Assembly: GCA_001244265.2 (NCBI GenBank)
Contig: CDLV01000008.1
Coordinates: forward strand, 1,178,001-1,242,000
Length of the DNA stretch: 64,000 bases
DNA from: Microbotryum violaceum
Taxonomy: Eukaryota
Direction of reading: 5' to 3'
The translations under genes were made by a program, and so were the position numbers. Positions 36,900 to 48,600 of this stretch are shown one piece after another. Under the pieces are notes generated by a model. The model had not been told where the DNA came from. It saw only the letters and a list, made by a program, of their open reading frames with translations, and did no database searches. How positions within the stretch are numbered: position 1 is the first letter of the stretch; each line of letters starts with the position of its first letter.

Positions 36900-39149
36900 A
36901 TGAACCGAAACAGCCTGAGCGAGCTATGCGACACTCTGTTGGGCTCAATGACCAGCCGGGACCTTGACGCTCCGATTCCGACCACGACCGCTCACGACGC
37001 CTCTGCTACAGCTCCATTACCCGCCACAGAAGCGGGTGCAGTGACGACGATGTCACGGCCGAGTCCCGTCAGTCCCGTCGCGTCAACGAGCGGCGAGCAT
37101 ATGCAGCCATCCGCGTCAGCCGCACCACACGCGTCGACTTCATCCACACCCATGCTCTCCCAGCCTCGATCTAGCTCGAGCTCGACGTCAAACGCGTCCT
37201 CTGTCAGTGACGATGCCTCGCATCAACAACTGAGTCGGTGCTCGCAGTGCAAGCAGAAGCGCACGCTCGACCATTTCCCCGTGCGCTTGACCTCGCTGCA
37301 GCCCTACCTCGTCTGCAAGTCGCACGAGTGGTACTGGACCCAGGAGAAGAGGCTCACCTATTGGGCACCCGAGCATACCATCACACTCGAGGACGTGTGT
37401 GGCCAGCTCGCCGCCGCGATGGACAATCTCGTTCAGAAAGGCGCTCGCGTGGAAGACACCGTCGTGACCGGATCCTGGCTCGTCGATGGCGGAGAGGATG
37501 ATCGGGGCGCGTTGGTGAAGCGCATTACGAGTGCAGGGGGATGGAATGTCAAGCCAGTGTAAGTTGAAGATCGCGTCAGCGCACCCTGTCACCATGGTTT
37601 CTGGGCCACCAAGTTTCCCTATCCGTGACCCTCCGCCGAGGAAGAACAGAATCAATTCTCATGATTCAATGCAGAGCTAAAGAGATCGAGTCCGCATGCT
37701 TCCTCAATAACCAGACATCAACGACGGTCACGAGCGAAAGGACCGAATCCTCCCCCAAAGCCATGGAATTATCTTCTCCAGCAGAGCAAATACCCCACCG
37801 CGCCGCAGCTCCGGCTCGTCCTGACCCATCACGAGTCGTTTCAAAAGTGGGTCATCACCCTGCGTGAGGATGCCCCGCGTCAAGCTGGGCCCTGGGCAGA
37901 AGCCAAACGAAACAAAAAAGAAGCGGCAGCGGCAGCAAGCTCGACTCCTCAGACTGGTGGCGAAGATCACAGCTACGACCTCGAGCGTGAGCTTTCGCTG
38001 ATCGATCGCTTGGTCGGGCACTCAGGTGCACCGGGCTACACCGGCGAGGTCGTCGTCAAGAGAGGCCTAGGACGTCCACGAAAGAAGAAGGGTGACTTGG
38101 ACAATGCTACGCCCGTCCGATCTCGCTCGACGAATAGCCAGGTTCGCTCCGAGGAGGATCAGCAAAGGTACGACATGATCAAGACGCTCGAAGCGGCGAT
38201 CGGCCGTGAGGCGACGGCCGCGGCCATTGGTCGGGATCGCACTTTCGGTGAAGATACATCGATTCAGCATATCGGATCGTCACGCCCACCAAAGCGATCG
38301 AAATTGCAGACGTCATCGACATCGAAGGCTCATGCTTCCGTTATGACGTCGAGTCGACCGCCGCGGTCGACACTTATCTCGGCCGCCGGACAGGTGGCGC
38401 CGCGTGCCGCCTCTGCCCCTCTGCTGTCCGGTGGACAACCGACAAGAACATCTGGCCCCTCAATGCCTGCTCCCATGTCGTATCCGCATGTTTCCTCCTC
38501 GACCGACCTTTCGCTTCCGAATTTGCTCTACGAGCCTGCGTATTCTACGCCACAACCTCCGCCGCTTCAACCTCCTCATCTCAACCCCAATCACGCACCG
38601 CAAAACTTGTCTCGTCACCACCCCAACCGTCTGACCTTGGACGAACTCCTCGAATCGCCCTATACGGATCCTCCGATGATCCCTTTGACAAAACGAGTGT
38701 TTCAGGCTCATCCTCTCGTGCGTGCACCTGAACGACCTCGATCCTCAGCAGTACAGGGCAGGGTGCGCTTCGTCGACGACCATGTGCCTTCTAGCGATGC
38801 CATCGGACCCGATGAGGATGACGAAGACGAGGACTTTGAACAGCCGGATGAGGATGACGAGGATGCTTTCGAGGAGGATAGCTGCGAGGACGACGAGTCG
38901 GGGGATGGAGACGCCGAAGGCCTCGAGGAGGAATTCACTGACGGGGAGTCAGGTGATGATGACGATGATAATGATGAGGAAGGCGAGGATGAGGAAGGTC
39001 AGGATTGGTTGACGGGCTTCGTCAAGGGTCAGTTGATGCATTCGGGTCAAGGCGCCGGACAGGAAGAGGTGGACGAGTTGGAAGAAGAGGAGATGACGAA
39101 CGAGGCGCATCAATCTGTGGCGGGCTCGGCGACTCCTATCGCAGCTTGA
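36900..39149 (+). CDS. Hypothetical nuclear protein (putative Zn-binding motif, AT-hook-like motif, acidic tail); middle exons uncertain
   Basis: CSQCKQKRTLDHFP...LVCKSH, GLGRPRKK and a D/E-rich C-terminus. Confidence 0.55.
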
Positions 39150-39236
39150 CACACCTGAGCTTTCAGACTATTTGGGTATATGTGTTGTCATATTACAATC
39201 GTGTTGTTTGAGCTTGTCTGTTCCGTGGATGGTCTC

Positions 39237-40903
39237 TCACCGTCTGACTTGCCCGTCCTCATCCCTGCGCTCCATCTCCGCCTCGATGTCGGCGATGACG
39301 TTTCTCAGCGCCCCTCGTTCCCAATTGCCTCCCACAAAGCCGGTGTAGAGCATCGTCGCGCCACTAGCTCCCACAGCGGTACCCAAGACGACGAACAACC
39401 AACTCAGTGCGCCCCTCAGTGGTTGGTAGCTCGCAGCGATCGCGAGAACGGGGACGAGGAACAAGGCGAGCACAAAAAGCTGGAATTGCCTCTTTTGGTA
39501 CTCGAGCGCGTATCGATAGGCCATCATGAGGTTCTTGAGCATCGTCGATAAATCCTCGGACGAGATGCTTCCTCCACTACCCTGATTTGAATGAGAAACA
39601 TGTTCGGTAGTCGGGGTCTGCGGCTGGAAAGAGAAAGTCGCGGCAAGGCCGAAATGATCCGAGTAAGAAACGCCTAGTCCTGGGACCGGTTCGGTCAAGA
39701 CGATTTTGGTCGATTCGACTTGAAGCTTGCTCGAAGCCGTGGGTGGGGATCGGAAAAGGATGTAATCGAGTCGTTTCCCACCTCGAATGCGCGTCTCGTC
39801 GCGTGGATGTCGTTTCGCCAATTTAGCGGCCGAGTAGGTGTTGAGCGGCGAGTCGCACGTGATGCCGTGGACGAGCATCGTTTGGACGGGGGTGAGGTTA
39901 CGGTGCGCGATTGACGTGATGGAGGGTGGGGCTTGGTTCGTTAGAGCCCACGCGTCGGACAACGATGCACCTGATTCGAGGATTCGCATGATGATGGAGT
40001 AAGGTTGCGAGTTGAAGTCGCCCATCTGTAGAGAGGATCGGGCCCCGCTGATCAGGAAATGACCCCGAAAGTGCGAACTTCACTCGTCTGTCTTCGGACT
40101 CACGAGCAAGACATGCCGACCCCTTTCGAGCTTTTCCTTGACCATTTCGTTCAACTGCCACGCCTGTGCAACCCGATGAGCACCATCGATGCCATCCCCT
40201 TCGCCTCCAGGTGCGAACATGTGGGTGTTGAGCACGTCGACCAATCTCATTGAACCGGCTTCGGCCCCGAGATCGATCGTACACCCGCAGATGGACTTGC
40301 CGGCGAAGAAATCTCCGGCGATGAAGTGGAGTGGGTATCCATTGAGAGCGTAGGGTGTAATGAAGGAGGACACGATCGGATGTGCCGATAAAATTGCCAG
40401 CCCCGAGCCGATAGCTCCACTGAACGGAAAGCGGGCTCGTCTCGGTCAGTTTTGCAGCAGCAGCGCGCGTTCTTTATGAGGGATGACTCGCCTATAAAAG
40501 AAGCGGGCGTAGATCAAGCCGGCTTCTTTTGCCCTGGAGGCGACGACATCGAAGTCGGCCCTGACCCAGATCTCTTGCAGCGCAATGACGTCGTAGTGCC
40601 CTCCCTGACTGGACGACTGGAACGCGAGCGAGTCACCAGGGGAGGTGCTCGCCGCAAAGGCGCGTTCCTCGTCGTCATCGTCGTTACGTGAAGAAGATAA
40701 GGAGAGTGGGTTGGAGTGAGTCGCAATCCAGTCGGCAATGGCGAGTAGACGCTCCCTGCGCTTGTCGGCGACGAACTTGAGACCCCTGTCAAAGCGGGTG
40801 AGGTGACGCTTGCGATGAGATGCGGAGATATTGGGTATTTAGTAGGAGTGACTGACCAGCAATTCAGGGAGAGCACTCGCAGTGGCCTGGGTTGCGCCGA
40901 CAT
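39237..40903 (-). CDS. ISC1: Inositol phosphosphingolipid phospholipase C / neutral sphingomyelinase
   Basis: LRVLSLNCW|GLKFV, VIALQEIW, NTHM, GDFNS, KRLDYI, SDHFG and two C-terminal TM helices. Confidence 0.88.
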
Positions 40904-41012
40904 GACGGGGCCCCGTTCCTACTCGCTCGACCCTGGACTGTTTGGTGGTGGTGGGGGCCGAGTGAGAGCTGTCCTGCCAGCCAGCTTTTATTACAGCCAG
41001 AGCCAAAAGTAA

Positions 41013-41047
41013 CCAGTCGAGTAATACCAGTCGAGTAATACCAGTCG
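41013..41047 (+). repeat. 14-bp tandem repeat x2.5 in the divergent ISC1/TBC promoter
   Basis: ccagtcgagtaata ccagtcgagtaata ccagtcg. Confidence 0.75.
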
Positions 41048-41214
41048 TCCAGGCGCGCGCGCGCCAAACAGCGCCAAACCCCATATTGGCTCAATGGAAT
41101 CGAATTGGAATGGGGTGGTGGTGCTCCAGAGTCTGGCAGTGTCAGATGTGGCAATGAGGCTCAACCCCCGGCTGCCACTTCCCTTTGGCTGCCCCTCCCG
41201 GAAAGATTACAAAC

Positions 41215-43652
41215 ATGGCCGACTTGGCTGATGACATGTCGTTCGACATCACCGCTGCGCTCGATCAAGTCCATAGCCGAGTCCAAGCGCGCGACGACGA
41301 CGACGACGACGACCGTTCCGCAGGCGCTGCGGTTCACTCTGGCGACGCCGGCGCGTTGAGCCACGTCACGAACGCGCAGTTGCCCCAGCTCGACAGCGGG
41401 ATCCGTGGCGCAGCGGAACCAGACCACGCTGCACCAGCGTATTCCGAGCAGCCAGATCACCACCAGGACGACCAAGAAGACGCGGACGAACCTGCCTCCC
41501 CACCTGACGAGGGCGATCTCTCAAGGCCGAGCTGGGCCCAAGAACGCTCCCAGAGTCTGACCGGCCACCGCGTCGACGAGGAGGGAGGGGATGAACTCAG
41601 GGGCATTACTCTTGCCGCGGAAAGTCACAGCAAGAGTATCCCACACCATGACAACGACGGCGACGGCAACGACGATATGACGTTCCAAACAATCCGCCTC
41701 GACCAGTACACGCTCGCGTCCCCAACACCAGCCGCGGACGGTCCTTCCGAGATTCCTTCCGTCTCAGGCGCAAGATTAACCATGTCTCCCCCGCTTGCCC
41801 CGCTCGCAGCACCCCCATCCGCCACGCCATCACCGACACTGAGCGCAAGTGCAGACTCTTCGTTTGCACCCGAAACGACCACAACAGCTGCCACCTCAAA
41901 GCAGGATCTTGACGACGAAGAAGAAGAGGTTCAAGACGAAACCAACGCCGAGTCACAGGCAGAGGCCGCGAGGGACGACTCGCCAAAAGCTTCCTCCACG
42001 CCCGCCGACGGAGATGCTACTCCCGTCGATGCAGATGGTACTCCATCCAATTTGGTAGCCAAAAGGAAAGCATCTCTTTCTGGTCGACCTATCGCGGTCG
42101 CCTTCGATGGCCAACCAGCGGGTACTTCAACCCCGCCCGTTGCCATCGCGACTTCCCCGACCAAGGCTAAGCGACTGGGCACTCGAGTCCCGACCGAGAT
42201 CCAAAAAATAATGAGCATGACGCGGCAACGCGACCTACCACCCAAAGACAAACTCGAGGAGGAGCGACATCTCAAGCAACTCGAAGAAATGAGAGCAGCC
42301 GCGAAAGAAGCAGAACGAAGACGACAGTTTCAGCTTCAAGCCGCTGCAATGGCACGAGCGACTCGCATCGCGGCTGCTCATTCCGTTTGGGAGAACCAAG
42401 TGCTCCCTAACTGGCGAGCCGTGACACACGAGTCGGCCGAAGGTCGAGAACTGAGAAAGCTGTGGTGGGATGGAACGATGCCTGTGCGCTGGCGTGGTCG
42501 ATTGTGGAGCCTGTGCATTGGCAACGGGCTGGCCGTGAGCAGGACTTCGTTCGCTGGGATTTTATCCCAGGCCAGGCGCGGCTTGAACGATGGGACCTTC
42601 TTTAAGGAGACGATGGCTGCGCTGGAAGAAGATGTGCAGGGAACGCTGCGGAACCTCAAGCTGTTCCAACGCGGAGGGGCAATGCACGAGGACCTGATCA
42701 ATCTGTTGCTCGGCTATGTCGTTTACGCCAGCAAAGCGACGGGCCAAAAGCCTTGTTATGTGAGTCGCAGACAAGTAAAGATCAGACACACTCAAGGACG
42801 GCTCAGCTGAAACTTCACTTCGGTCTTTTACTTTTACTCTTAGCCTCCCGGTCTCGCCTGTCCAGCCGCGATGCTGTACGTGTTGCTCAGGAACAACACA
42901 CACACACACCCCCCAGCCCGTTTGAAACAATGAAAATGACCAGTCCATCCATGACCGTATAGCCTCATCAATATGTCTGTCGCCGATGCCTTCATCTCCC
43001 TCGTGAACCTCGTCAACAAGAGTTTCCTCAAGAGCTTCTATGGTGATAATCCCGACGAGGTTCGTCCCCCGAAACCTATGATATCTAATATCTGATCCTC
43101 CGTCCTGAACGTTCCCTGACAAACCGCTTCTACTTCTCGTAGCCGGATGCGTACTATCGCATTTTCGACACCCTCTTGGCCGACAACATGCCCAAAGTTT
43201 ACGAGAACTTTTACAAGGAGGTCGTACGACCGTCGCTGTACCTCCACCCGTGGCTCACGTCCATGTTCGTGCAATTCCTGCCGCTCGACCTGAGCACGCG
43301 CTTGTTCGACGTCTTCCTGCTTGAAGGCGACGCGTTCGTCTTCCGAGTCGCCCTCGTCCTACTACAAATCCTCGAACCTCGGTTATTCAACCCCGTACAG
43401 TCCGAGCTCGACGAGGTGTTCCGTGGCAAGGATCGTGGGGCCATTGCCGTCGTCAGGAGAGAGAGGATCGGGAGCATCCTTTTGGGCGGTGGAGGCGAGA
43501 CCGAGGAAGAAGTCCGCGATGTGCTTGTTGAGGAGGTGTACACAGAGATGGGGTGTACGGAGGATCGAGTGTTTGAGCTGCTTGGCCAGCAGGACTGGAA
43601 GGAGGAGACGTGGCACAGGCTCGTTGAACGAGAACTTCCCGAGGCCGATTAG
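41215..43652 (+). CDS. TBC (Rab-GAP) domain protein, TBC1D12/14-like
   Basis: TRQRDLPPKDKLEE, LRKLWWDG...RGRLWSLCIGN, and WLTSMFVQFLPLDLSTRLFDVFLLEGDAFVFRVAL. Confidence 0.82.
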
Positions 43653-44713
43653 AGTTTTTCCGTTTTCGTGTTCTGAGTACGTCCGTAGTTTCTCAGGAGG
43701 TTGTTGTAGAATGAAGCTAGGCAGAGTCCCAATCAATAATGAGTGCTACGCTAAGGCAAATAAGCTGGGAAAGATACGGAGCGTCCGGCTGGGCCACTAC
43801 GACCTGCGAGGTGCGATGTTGATACAGGGGACAGGCGGGCGGGGCCGGCGCCCAGTGCTATTTTGTGCTATTTCGGGCACTGATTCGACTCTCCTGACCA
43901 CTCGCGCGAGTTGTAGCGGAATAGTGGTTCGAGTTGCAGCATGACGAAGGACAACATTGGTGGTGTAGGAGTTGTTAAACAAATGCCTCAAGCGGTGAAA
44001 ACCCAGCCTTCTGGGGAAGCCTGCAAGAAATTGATCTAAACGGAAGAGAGTCCGAACTTCTTGGTGATACACAGGGATGGTGGGCGGGATGACAATTGGG
44101 AGCTTTGCGACCCAAGCTTCTGGATGTCAGTCGGCTGCAACTGATGATGGAGCAAGTCCATTGATCGTATCAGCATACCTTTGCGACAAAGGCAAGACAC
44201 TGTATAAAGACAGTTGGGGCGCGGTTGGTGCAAAGGACGGTAAAGGGTCTGCTGAGAGATATGCGATTTAGCTCGTTGCCCAACAAGGGCCCGGAGCAAA
44301 ATGCCTCCACAAAGAATTTGCAGGGATCCAAGTGCAAAGTACACCGTGCAACAAGCTTGGGTGTATCGAAGCACTTACCCCGAGCTACTCTAAGCGAGCC
44401 ACGTCGAGGGTTTCATAACGAGCTGCTAGCAGCTGTGAACGTCCGGCAAGATGGAACTCTCGATCAGCGACCTCGTCAGCTGGGAGGTAGTCTTGGGAGT
44501 GAGGAACGCACCTGTCCCTACAGGTGGTGAACGCAGCCGGAGAAGCTGGTAAGGAAACGTCGACAACGCAGTGAAGGCCCGAAAGGGAACGTGCATTGCG
44601 AGTACCGCCCGTGAGCCCGCGTGTGTGGGAAGCACAGCTATAGCATCCACGGGGGAGAGAGGGTCCGTGCGCGCGAGCCTGAATCGGCGCGTCAAATCCT
44701 TGCAGCAAAAGCC

Positions 44714-44852
44714 CACCTCAGGCGTACCTTCAAAGTTACAGCCTAGACCGCGCGCGCGAGCGCGCCAAAATCCTCGATCCTTAGCGGGTTTCACACTGGG
44801 GTTGGTCGCCCAATACCCGGATAGCCAGGACTCCCCATCCCGGGGCCGTCAA
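44714..44852 (+). repeat. Left terminal inverted repeat
   Basis: cacctcaggcgtaccttcaaagttacagcc...gtcaa; 5 mismatches against the right TIR by eye. Confidence 0.92.
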
Positions 44853-45699
44853 GGGGAAAGCAGTGTGTGTAGTCCAACTACGAGATTGTTGCGATGGATC
44901 CAAGCCCCTAAAAATACTTCCCAAGCTGCCATGTGATGCCACTTCGACTATATTCGTCTTGTCAGAGTCTCGTGGCCTCCGAGCTGAGTCTGCAGTGCCA
45001 CCCTGCGCCAGGTGCTTCACGGTCACGTGCAACCCATGGTCGAAGTTGCGCGACCAACGGCCAGTCGCCCACAAACCGCACGTGCCTGTTCGTCTCCTTC
45101 CACATTGCGAACGGCAGCCGTACATCGACACTAGATCTTCCGACACGATGACTCGCCGTTTCATCCCTGGACAGTTCAGACCACGCAAGCTGAGGCCGCA
45201 GGACCTAAACGATCAGCCCAGCGCGTCCTGCGCCAAGGTCAAGGTCTACGATCCCTTTGGTGGAGTGGACACCGTTTCGATAGACCAAGACCCACCGCAT
45301 CATCAGCGTTATCATCATCGACGTCGAGTTCGGTACAGACTCCCACTCCCCTAGTCCCACCCTTACCGGACCCGGCATCCGCATTTGCTGCCGCTGCGTT
45401 CGAGTATAGCGACTACTTTGGGGTAGACGAGGATGACGGCGCCGGAGAACGCTCAGATCTCGACGACAGAGCCATGCACGAAGGTGATGGTGGTTAGAAC
45501 AAAAATTTCGCCAACGCACACTTCCTCCTATCCTCGAACCCTGCCGACTGGACGTCTACGATTCACGCAACATGTCTCAGATGACGCTGGACCGCCTCAG
45601 GAATGAGCTCCATCCCATCGTCACCCTCATTCATACCTTTGAAAGGGTGGACAGGACATACCTCGCTTTCCTTGTGCGCGAGGCGGCATTCAGCAAGCA

Positions 45700-48600
45700 G
45701 GCACGACCTTGACTCTGGGTGCAGTACATGTCGTTTGTGGCGTGCCCAAAATCGCATCTCAATCCGCGCATCATTGAGGTCGAGAACGGATTCAGGATCG
45801 CCGACGAGGTGGCCCCGCCGCCGCGCGACCGCAAAGGCACACATGTCCTTTCCATTCTGGTCCATGGCGCCACCAGTCGTAAGCACTTCCGAATCTTTCT
45901 TCAGCTTTATCTGCTGGGGAACGGGGATCCTGTGTTTCCAATGGCTCCACTTGGCACAGGCTTTCCCCACGAGGTCTCTGTCTGTCCCTGATCCATTAGT
46001 GGTGATCCCCCAATCACATACGCCGAACGACTGGCTCAGACTGGCCTTATGAGTGCAACTGCCTCGAGACCGCTTTCACATTCCAAGCTCTACAAATGGT
46101 CGAATCTTGCTGGGTTGTTGATCCCTCGTCCGTTGATGGGATGACCCAAGGGATGGATGATCATTATGGAAGATGCGGATGGGGGATTCAGGTGGGCTGG
46201 CGTCTCATTAGATTGTAAATTGAGGTCAAATTCAGCGCGATTCATGAGTCTTGTGTGGGACGGTGCCAATCTAGTCCCCTGCATGCGCACTTCTCTAGGG
46301 CCGCGAGCCTCGAACACAATAGCAACGAGCAGCTCGACGAGTTCCGAGCATTGGCCGCACACGAGACCGGATCCGACAATCGCCTCTTCCACATAAAGGG
46401 TTCATTTGCTGACAAGTGTCCTGCAGAATTTGGACCAACACATTGAAGCTGCCAAACCGGGCACCTACACTTGATCATTTGTTTGCGCATGATGGAAGCT
46501 TTCAGCAATGGCGCAACCAGGCAGCCAAGTATGACCCACAAGCGACCACGCCGGACTTGTTCATCAGCGCGGCAGAAACTTCGGAAATGAAAGAGGTGGT
46601 CGAGCGGGCGCCGACACCGTCCAAGAAGGTACGTTGTTCAGCATGATAGTCCATATAACACCCTGCTCTGCCCTGATCCTCTAACACCTCCACTTACAAG
46701 CATGCACAGAATCTTAGAAAGTTGCTGACGATGGCGCTGAAAAGCTCTGGCCGGGAAAATCGACGCGGCTCTTGTGGCGTGCGTGTGTCGGCATAACGCG
46801 GTTTCCGAGACGTCCAACAGGCTTGAGAGGAGCGGCGGTACGTACGTATGACTGTACCATCTTCGCAAGATCGTTGCAGTGTTTAATTTCTGTCCTCCTC
46901 ATTGGGGAGGCTCGACATTGTAGGCTGTACTATGCATTGGCTCTGATCAAGCACGTCTCAGAACAAGAACAGCCCGAAGCCAGAATTGGGGTCTTGTAAA
47001 ACATTGCCTGCAACCTCAAGCATCGCCTACAGAAGGCGCGTATAGGTATCTAATTCACTCTTGTGGTCGGTCGAATCGTCTGAACTTACTCGTTTCTCGC
47101 CCTGTGTAGAGCGATGATTAGTGCCTAAACGAGCCCTAGTTAGTGCCTAAATTGCCCCCCGTCTTGAATTTGCCACAAGTGTCTTGGCGCTTTCGCGCAT
47201 CAATGGCCCTGTCAAGTCGAGCTGGACCCTCAACTTTTTCCCAACAAGTTCGGCTGCACCGATGGCGAAGGCGTCTAGGTATCACTTACTGCAGGTTAAT
47301 TAGATTAATCCTGCGCTTCAAACATGTCGTAATTACTCGGCGCTTGCCCCCACCCCTACCCAGATCTAATTTGCAATCGGCCGCCCACGCGTTTCACCCC
47401 AAGACACAGTGTTCAGCACCTCTTCTTGCCTTCGCCTAGTTCATTCTCATCTCATTATACCTTACGTGGCACAAGAGAAGGGTTCTCTGCTACCCTGTAG
47501 GGTTTTTCTGCTTCCATCCTCAGAATCACCAAAATCGAAAAACGCCAAAATCGCCAAGGGGTACCACTGCACTTTTTGCCGGTTTCTGAAGGCCAAAAAC
47601 GTTAAGCGTTTCAAACGGACCACGAGTTCCCTATTACCTCCCCAACATAGGCTCTTCATGCCTCGAGTCATCCGCACCTTCAGGAGAGCGAGGTTCAGAC
47701 CTTGATAGGGGCCAAAGGTGAATGTGCCGGGTTTAACCGTCAAGTGCGCGTGTTTCGAGGCCGAAAGTCGGAAAAAACTACAACGAAAAGTTCGGGCACA
47801 GTGAATATGGTCGCGAGGGTATTCTATTGAACCGCCCCGGAAGTTTGGAACAGCAGTATCTTCTTTCTATCTCCCACCCAGTCCGACCGAGTGCAAAACG
47901 TCAAGACTAATCTTGGTCTCGGGCATTTCGAGGCTGAAAGTCGGGAAACACTACAACGAAAAGTTCGGGAACGCTTAATGTGGTCAAGAAAAGAGAATAA
48001 TAGACTTCATTGAACTGTTCAATAGGTTTGGAACAGCGGTACATGTTTTCTATCTCCCACTCAGCCCGACCGAGGACCGAGTGCACAAACGTCGAAACGG
48101 ACCTTGGTCTCGGAGGTTTCGACGGTGAAAGTCGGGCAACACTACAACGAAAATTTCGGGCTCGGGCACCGTAAACATGGCCACGAAGCTACCTGGATAT
48201 ATTTTATTGAAACTTCCAAGAAGTTTGGAACAGCACTACATGTTTTCTATCTCCTTCCCAGCCCGACCGAGGGCAAGAACGTAACCTTGGTCTCGGGTGT
48301 TTCGACGGTGAAAGTCGGGGGACACTACAACGAAAAGTTCGGGCACAGTTAATATGGCCACGAGACTATCATCATAGAATTCATTGAACCGTGCAAGAAG
48401 TTTGGAACAGCAGTACATGTTTTCTATCTCCCACCCAGCCCGACCGAGGGTTCATGCGAGGATGCCGAGTCGGGAGGTCTTTTGCCCCCCCCCCCCACCC
48501 CCCCCCCCCCGCTAAAGTCAAACGCAGGGTTCCGCAAGGGTTCAGTTGACACCATGACATGACGGTAAGCCGGGTCAGGGGGGAGTACTCGACGAGCTGC

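Noticed and set aside
47748-48450. CRISPR-like array
   Set aside because: The units are ~180 bp and homologous along their length, there are no unique spacers or cas genes, and the context is eukaryotic.
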